Assembly: GCA_951406725.2 (NCBI GenBank)
Contig: OX597831.1
Coordinates: forward strand, 13,826,001-13,890,000
Direction: 5' to 3'
DNA: 64,000 nucleotides
From: Octopus vulgaris
Taxonomy: Eukaryota
Shown: piece by piece, positions 57,468 to 64,000 of the stretch
How positions within the stretch are numbered: the first letter of the stretch is position 1
How the letters are laid out: every line of letters begins with the position of its first letter
Made by a program: the position numbers and the translations under genes
The notes under the pieces: generated by a model
What the model saw: only the letters and a program-made list of their open reading frames with translations
Databases searched by the model: none
Told to the model about the DNA's origin: nothing

Positions 57468-59060
57468 TATATATATATGTATATATATATTAATTTATGT
57501 TAATTTCCATTCATGTACTATTAAAACAGATTATTTGCTTGGTTGCTTGTCTGTCATATAATACAGCCAAACTGGCGCATAGTGGGAAATACTATGAATT
57601 AAGGTAACCCTGAAATGTGAATACAAACGGAATAAAATAAGTCTTGCATAAATCGGACCAAGCATTCCTGAGATATGGGGTTTTTGTGGGTATTCGTAAA
57701 TACCCAAAACGGTGCATAGTGGGAAAATACTCTGAAAAAATATACCCATGAAAGGGAAGAAACTATAACATTTCAGTATTTTGGAGACAAGCAAAAAGCT
57801 TGGACTGGGGGAACGCCTTAGTAGGTTTTACTTGCCACCAATGAAGAACGAGCTGTTTTAACAGTAAATGTTTCTATTTTCGCTTTCGTTAAACACAATA
57901 TTTTTATCTTTTAGAAATATTTCTAAGTGAATGTGAATTAAAAAATACAAATTGTTTGTACAGTGAGTATTTATATTTCAGCTTTTTTTTTTAAACAGAA
58001 AATATTTTAATTATTTAAAAGTAGGTAAATATTTCGTAAAGGACCCGTTCCTACGTCGGTGTGAAATAATTTTTTCCACAGTTTATTTTCGTGAACATTC
58101 AACGTATCTGACCTCCAAACCTGCCGCAAGCCACTTTTCCGGAAGAGAAAATGGTAGAGAGGCGGTAGGAACCTCGGAGTTTTCTGGGAAACTCCGAACT
58201 TCCCACCAAGAGAGATTTGTTTCGTGGGTGTTGTTTTTCTTTCCCAGTTTATTTCGCATGCTTTCAACGAATGTGACATCGGAATCACGCGTAAATGGCT
58301 ACTTTCTCCAGGGAAAGGAAGATTTGGCTGCTATTTCTAGCACACCATGCTACCACGTAACAGCTATTATCCCTAAAGTATTTGACTTGGAGTAAAAGAA
58401 AATACAGGAAGGTTAGTTATTTATGATTTTATTCAACATATTCTGCTCTCAGATTCTGACACTTAGTGCAGCGGTCTTTCAGTTTTTCTAAGGCCTGTTA
58501 AAGAACCTGCAGCCAGGCCTTTCGCGACACCCTTAAAGCTATGAACTCGTCAATATATTAATTTAGTATTTACTTGAGAAAATTTATCCACTTTGTATGA
58601 ATGTGAGGAGTATTTCAATTGCATAATTTCAGAGCATTTATTTGAAACAAGGTGTGTACTTTGCTGTGAAGCTGTGGGCGTGGAATTTCTTTCTAGTTCA
58701 GCAAAGAAATGCTTATATGTCTCTGGATGGGTGAGTCGTGTGTTTAGTTAATCTGCTATTTTCGAAACGTAATCCTACAGAATTTTGCAAATTCACGAAT
58801 TATTCACTCGCTTTGATTTGTTGCCTTCCCATGTCTTATCGCCTTCTAACATCCGATTTTCACACAATTTCACATGCAATCATCGTCATCATCATCATCA
58901 TCATCATCATTATTAATATTCTATTTTTCAGAATACTCGTTCTTACTTTCTCTGCATGAGTCTCTCAGAGCGGACAGCAACCTCTTGTCAGACGTCTCAG
59001 GGTTTCTTTCCTGAAATTAATAGCTTTGGTACTTTGATGTTAATTTATCGTGGAAGAGGG

Positions 59061-59110
<50 letters not shown>

Positions 59111-59653
59111 GAGAGATCAAAGTGACACTGGGGTAAAATATACAAAGCTCAGTATAGCCTTCACAACTACCAGTCTGATAAGGGTATGCCAGACTAATGC
59201 ATCACAACCATATGTGCATGACATGGTGATTTCAAATAAAGTCTAACAACAGATGACTTTGTAACTGGGCTTAGTTAGGATTTTCTTCAAGTTAAGTAGC
59301 CCATCCCACTCAAATGGTTCCTGAATAAGGGTTGTTTAAGGATGTTGACAAAAACATCATGTTTCCAGAGGTGAATTATCCAAACCCCAAAGAATTCCTC
59401 TCAACACATGGCTATGATGCTCCCCCACTACTTCTGCTCATGATCAGAGATACACATATCGTCAGCCACTAAGGGACATGCTCAACTGGTTAAGGTCAAA
59501 CAACTGACAAGCAAATCTGTGGTATTGAGCAGAATATTTGCTGTAGCCCATCTTTTATACCAAGACAAAACAATGTACATGATAACACTTCCAATCAGTT
59601 AAGATCAGAAGCCATGAGATCCAGTGCCTGGCACTGCATCAGAGCAATCATCA

Positions 59654-59690
<37 letters not shown>

Positions 59691-59693
<3 letters not shown>

Positions 59694-60707
59694 AATTTTC
59701 TTCCGTTTCTCGCCGAGTGGTTTCCATACACCTAGGGCAGAGAAGGGCATTGTATGCATTCCCAGATTACACACGCAAATTCACAGATAAAATATGTATT
59801 TAAAAATAAATAAATAAATAAATTCATGGATGGATGTTGTTTTCACAGCGATAATGCTCTTCTCAGTACATGAGCTGTTCCAGTTAATACGATTTTTTGC
59901 ACTTCCTGTAGGGATGGTAAGCCTGGAATCATTTTCAAATAGGTTTCAGTACCTTTTTTATCATTCCTAGTGATCCTACAATCACTGGTACTGTAGTCAC
60001 CTGGAGATGCCACATTTTTTCAATTTCTATTAGCAAGTCATTATATTTACTAATCTTGTCAAATTCCTTCGCCGCTATATTGTGATCGCAAGGAATACTC
60101 ATATCAATTAATAAACACATCTTTTTTGTATGATCTTTTATAATAATATCCGGTTATTATTATTATTGTTATTCTATGTTTGACTTTTGCTTTATGTCTG
60201 TACAAGTTGGCTCCAAGTCTCACCCAGAGACCTCAAGAGACAACAGGTTGGAAGTTCTGTGCCATATATTTGGGGGATTTTTGGGGGGGATGGTGGTGTT
60301 GTACTAGTGAATGTCTAATACATAAAAATAATTTTTTTTTTTAAATAAATAAATAAATAAATAAAAAGTTTGTTTTAAACCTTGGGATTACATAGAGAGT
60401 ATTTTGCGTAGGATATGAGCAGTTCCCATGAGCACTATCTTTTGAATTTCTGCCATTTTGGGGTTTCCTGGTATCTGAGTTAGGTAGCAATCAGTCCCTT
60501 TCGCTATCATTCCCAGGGCACCTGGGGTCATGCATGCGGAGCAGGCTCGCTATCTGCAACCTACGGTACCATGCTATCTTTTCTTTTCAGCTCTCTAATA
60601 CTTTCCTAATTATTTGTACTGTGCCAAGGAGGCAAACTTTTGTAACAGTTCTACCGGTCACTCTATTCCAATTTCCTTTATATTCCTCTTGATGCCTTCC
60701 GATATTG

Positions 60708-60710
<3 letters not shown>
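59691..60710 (-). mobile_element. Stacked 3' fragments of several R4/Dong-type elements separated by (TAA)n
   Basis: LIDMSIPCD..KISKYNDLLIEIEKMWHL..VIVGSLGMI, and further IQKIVLMGTAHILRK-like ends. Confidence 0.75.
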
Positions 60711-60772
<62 letters not shown>

Positions 60773-60775
<3 letters not shown>

Positions 60776-61907
60776 TAGTTTTATTTTTATAGCGTGCTTT
60801 CACTTCACTACCGAGCGCAGCTCTGTGTGCCTTGGGTATGTGTTGTGATTTGTTGTGATGCTCTGATGGTTATTATATGGAAAGTGTTCTGCGTAGGATG
60901 TGTGCAGTGCCTAGTAGTGCAATTTTCTGTATGTTATATGTGTTTGTAAGTCCTGGTGTTTTTCTTATGTATTTGTCTGAATATTTTTTATCATGCCTAA
61001 TGCACCTACTATGATAGGAATTGTTTCTGTTTTCAGATTCCACATTCTGGTTACCTCTATTTCCAGGTCTTTGGATTTTGAGAGTTTCTCCATTCCTTTT
61101 AGAGACACGTTGTCATCTGCCGGTATTGATACATCAATTAGAAAGCATTTTTTTCTTCATGATCTCTGACAACTATATCTGGCCTGTTGGCCTCAATTTC
61201 TCTATCTGTGTGTATCTGCATATCCCAGAGTATGGTTGCTTTCTCGTTTTCTGTGACCTTTTCTGGTGTGTGCCTATACCATCTTTTTTCTGTTGTTATT
61301 CCATAATGTTGGCATAGCTTCCAATGTATGTAGGTTCCAACTCTGTCATGTCTGTGAATATATTCCTTCTTAGCCAGGACTGGGCAGCTAGAGATAATAT
61401 GATTTATTGTTTCTTGTCCATCTCCACATATTCTGCAGTTACTTGTTTTATTTCTTTTCATTACATGTTTTTGGTAATTTTTGGTGGGGAGGCTTTGGTC
61501 TCGTGCTGCAATTAAAAATCCCTCTGTCTCTGCTTTGAGTCCTGAGCTTCTCAACCATTGTTATGATTTTTCTTTGTCTATTTCTTGTGCATTTAGTTTA
61601 GTCCAGTATTTACCATGAAGGGGCTTTTCTTGCCATCGTTTTATCATGGTTCGTTGCTGTTCTATTTTTAGTTTGTATTTCATTTGTTTTATAGCTTTTG
61701 TTGTTTTTCTTCTTCTTCTTCTTCTTCTTCTTCTTCTTCTTCTTCTTCTTCTTCTTCTTCTTCTTCTTCTTCTTCTTCTTCTTCTTCTTCATATTTATTA
61801 GGTGGTATGATTTCTTGTTTGTCAGCTTCCTTAAATACTGAGAACAGTTTTTTGTTTTGCGCGTGTTTTGCCGCTATGTGTATCAGTTTTCCTTCCTTCT
61901 TTCTTTA
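60773..61907 (-). mobile_element. 5'-truncated R4/Dong element (CCHC finger, RHD, PD..D endonuclease) between (TAA)n tracts, with an internal (GAA)n expansion
   Basis: CRICGDGQETINHIISSC, YIHRHD, NRPDIVV. Confidence 0.92.
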
Positions 61908-61908
61908 A

Positions 61909-61974
<66 letters not shown>

Positions 61975-62084
61975 CAAGTATCATTTCTACCTACGTTCAT
62001 CCTTTTGCTCATCTTCAATGACAACATAAGCATACTTTTGTACTTACACGCCCGCCCCAAAACAAAAACAAGAACATACTAGAT

Positions 62085-62235
62085 TGCTACGTTCTGTGTT
62101 CAAATTCCACCGAGGTCGACTTCGCCTTTCACTTCTTCGGGGTCGATAAATTATGTACCAGTTGAACACTGGTGTCGATGTAATCGACTCATCCCCGCCA
62201 CCGAAATTGCTGGCATTGTGGCAAAATTTGAAACA
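62085..62235 (+). mobile_element. Truncated Nin-like SINE
   Basis: Family core sequence. Confidence 0.8.
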
Positions 62236-62308
62236 TTTATTTTTCGACATAAATATAAAATTAAATATATATGTGTGGTTGTGTGTATGTACATATATAT
62301 AGTGGATG

Positions 62309-62685
62309 GAGGCGCAATGGCCTAGTGGTTAGGACAGCGAACTCGCGGTCGTAGGATCGCGGTTTCGATTCTCAGACCGGGCGTTGTGAGTGTTTATTGA
62401 GCGAAAATACCTAACGCTCCACGAGGATCCGGCAGGGGGTGGTGGCGAACCTTGCTGTACTCTTTCACTACAACTTTCGCTCTTTCTTCCTGATTCTGTT
62501 GTGCCTGTATTTCAAAGGACCAACCTTGTCACACTCTGTGTCACACTGAATCTGCCTGAGAACTACGTTAAGAGAACACGTGCCTGTGGAGTACCCCGTC
62601 ACTTGCACGTTAATTGCACGAGCAGGCTGTTCCGTTGATCGGATCAAACTAGAACCCTTGTCGTCGTAACCGACAGAGTGCGACA
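62309..62685 (+). mobile_element. tRNA-derived SINE of a further family
   Basis: ggcgcaatggcctagtggtt (A box) and gtttcgattc (B box) followed by a non-tRNA body. Confidence 0.75.
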
Positions 62686-63219
62686 CACACTCGAACAAAC
62701 GAATATATGCAGAGTTTGCATGGTGGGATGCGTATGCGCATGCGGGCGTATGTGTGTGTGGGGGGGGGTTAAGAAATAAACATGAAAATGTCAAAAGATA
62801 CAAAAATAAACCGAAAACTTAGAAAATCAATATAAAAACAGCGTGGATAATGAATCAAGTATTTTACTTACAAGGAAATCCGTTAACGTGGTAAAAGAAT
62901 CCGTATAGTAATGTAGTAATAGAATTATATAGTGTTATGTTAATAAAAGGATTTATTTAGATAAATCTTGTGCATATATTTCCATCATTGTTACTTGACA
63001 AATACTTTTTAAAAAATCAATATTTTAAAATAAATATCTATCATTTTCTCGGCAATTGAAATCTACAAAAATGCTGAAAACGAAGAAATATTTAGCGTCT
63101 TTGTCCCAAACCGAAGAACATAAGCCATGCGCTTGACGTAAATATTCGAGAAGTGAGATCGTAGAAAATAGAAGAGAAAAACGTGAATAACGGCCCAAAT
63201 AAAATACGAAAGAAAAATG

Positions 63220-64000
63220 TTTGTTATTTGTCAATGCTATAAGAATTGTTATTAATAAAAAGCCAGCAGTTCGGCCGAATCGTCAGCACGTTTGAGAAAA
63301 TGCTTGGTGGAATTTTGCTCTTCACCACGTTCTGAGTTCAGATTCAACTGTGGTCGGCTGTGCATTTCGAGGTCGGTAAAGGAAATACAAATTTCAGGCA
63401 TTATGCCTTTAGTAGAAAGCATTATTACTATTAATAATTCGTGATAATGTTTTGTTTATTGATACTAGTTTTCCTCTTGTTGTTCGCCGTAAATGTTTAC
63501 TGAATTGTATATGAACTGCAACGAGAACAAAGGAATAGAAACGTTATTTTATCTAGCTTTCGTGGAATCAATTTTGATGACAAATAGTCAAGGTGAAATC
63601 GCTACTGACAGGTCCATGTCGACTGTCTCCATTTGACAATGGTATTGGCAACTGAATGGCAACGAGCTGGCAGAATCGTTAACACGCTGGACGAAATGCT
63701 CAGCGGTATTTCACCTGCCGCTACGTTCTGAGTTCAAATTCCGCCGAGGTCGACTTTGCCTTTCATCCTTTCGGGGTCGATAAAATGAGTACCGGTTACA
63801 CACTGGGGTCGATGCAATCGACTTAATCCGTGTGTCTCTCCTTGTTTGTCCCCTCTGTGTATAGCCCCTTGTGGGTAGTAAAGAAATAGGTATTGGCAAC
63901 TGATGATTGGCAACAAGGCAAATGTGATATAACAGCTGATGTTAACATGTCACCATGCCACTTATTACTGAGATATGATATATAACGTTGTTACTCACAG
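63220..64000 (-). other. 3' UTR/flank of a predicted fourth paralog (gene C); coding exons lie beyond the window
   Basis: Colinear homology to 32461-32825, including AATAAA at 63455-63460. Confidence 0.65.
63656..63888 (+). mobile_element. Nin-like SINE with 15-bp TSD
   Basis: TSD ggtattggcaactga at 63641-63655 and 63889-63903. Confidence 0.92.

Noticed and set aside
62309-62385. Possible tRNA genes here and at 5020-5078 and 11791-11860
   Set aside because: tRNA-like heads run into repeat bodies without a proper cloverleaf or terminator, so they are SINEs

Overview
AT-rich, microsatellite- and transposon-dense animal genomic DNA; the SINE families and repeat content suggest an octopus, which is inference. 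Almost every ORF in the supplied track is a microsatellite artefact or a transposon fragment: CR1-type, RTE and R4/Dong LINEs, Penelope-like elements, mariner/Tc1, hAT, piggyBac, Helitron and tRNA-derived SINEs. Between them, on the minus strand, is a head-to-tail array with a period of about 26-28 kb of a small multi-exon gene family that the ORF track misses. Two copies can be spliced completely by eye with GT-AG introns and matching phases. Gene A (CDS 29410->6154) gives 122 aa and gene B (CDS 55203->34105) gives 119 aa. A third copy shows its first coding exon at 1477->1441, and a fourth shows only its 3' end at about 63200-64000. The proteins have a signal-peptide-like N-terminus, a 6-Cys domain (C-x5-C-x14/15-C-x8-C-x7-C-x12-C) and a GPI-anchor-like C-terminus. 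Exon 2 appears to be an exonised antisense SINE tail, and gene B intron 2 carries a near-intact hammerhead ribozyme on the sense strand. TE boundaries are approximate unless a TSD or TIR is quoted.
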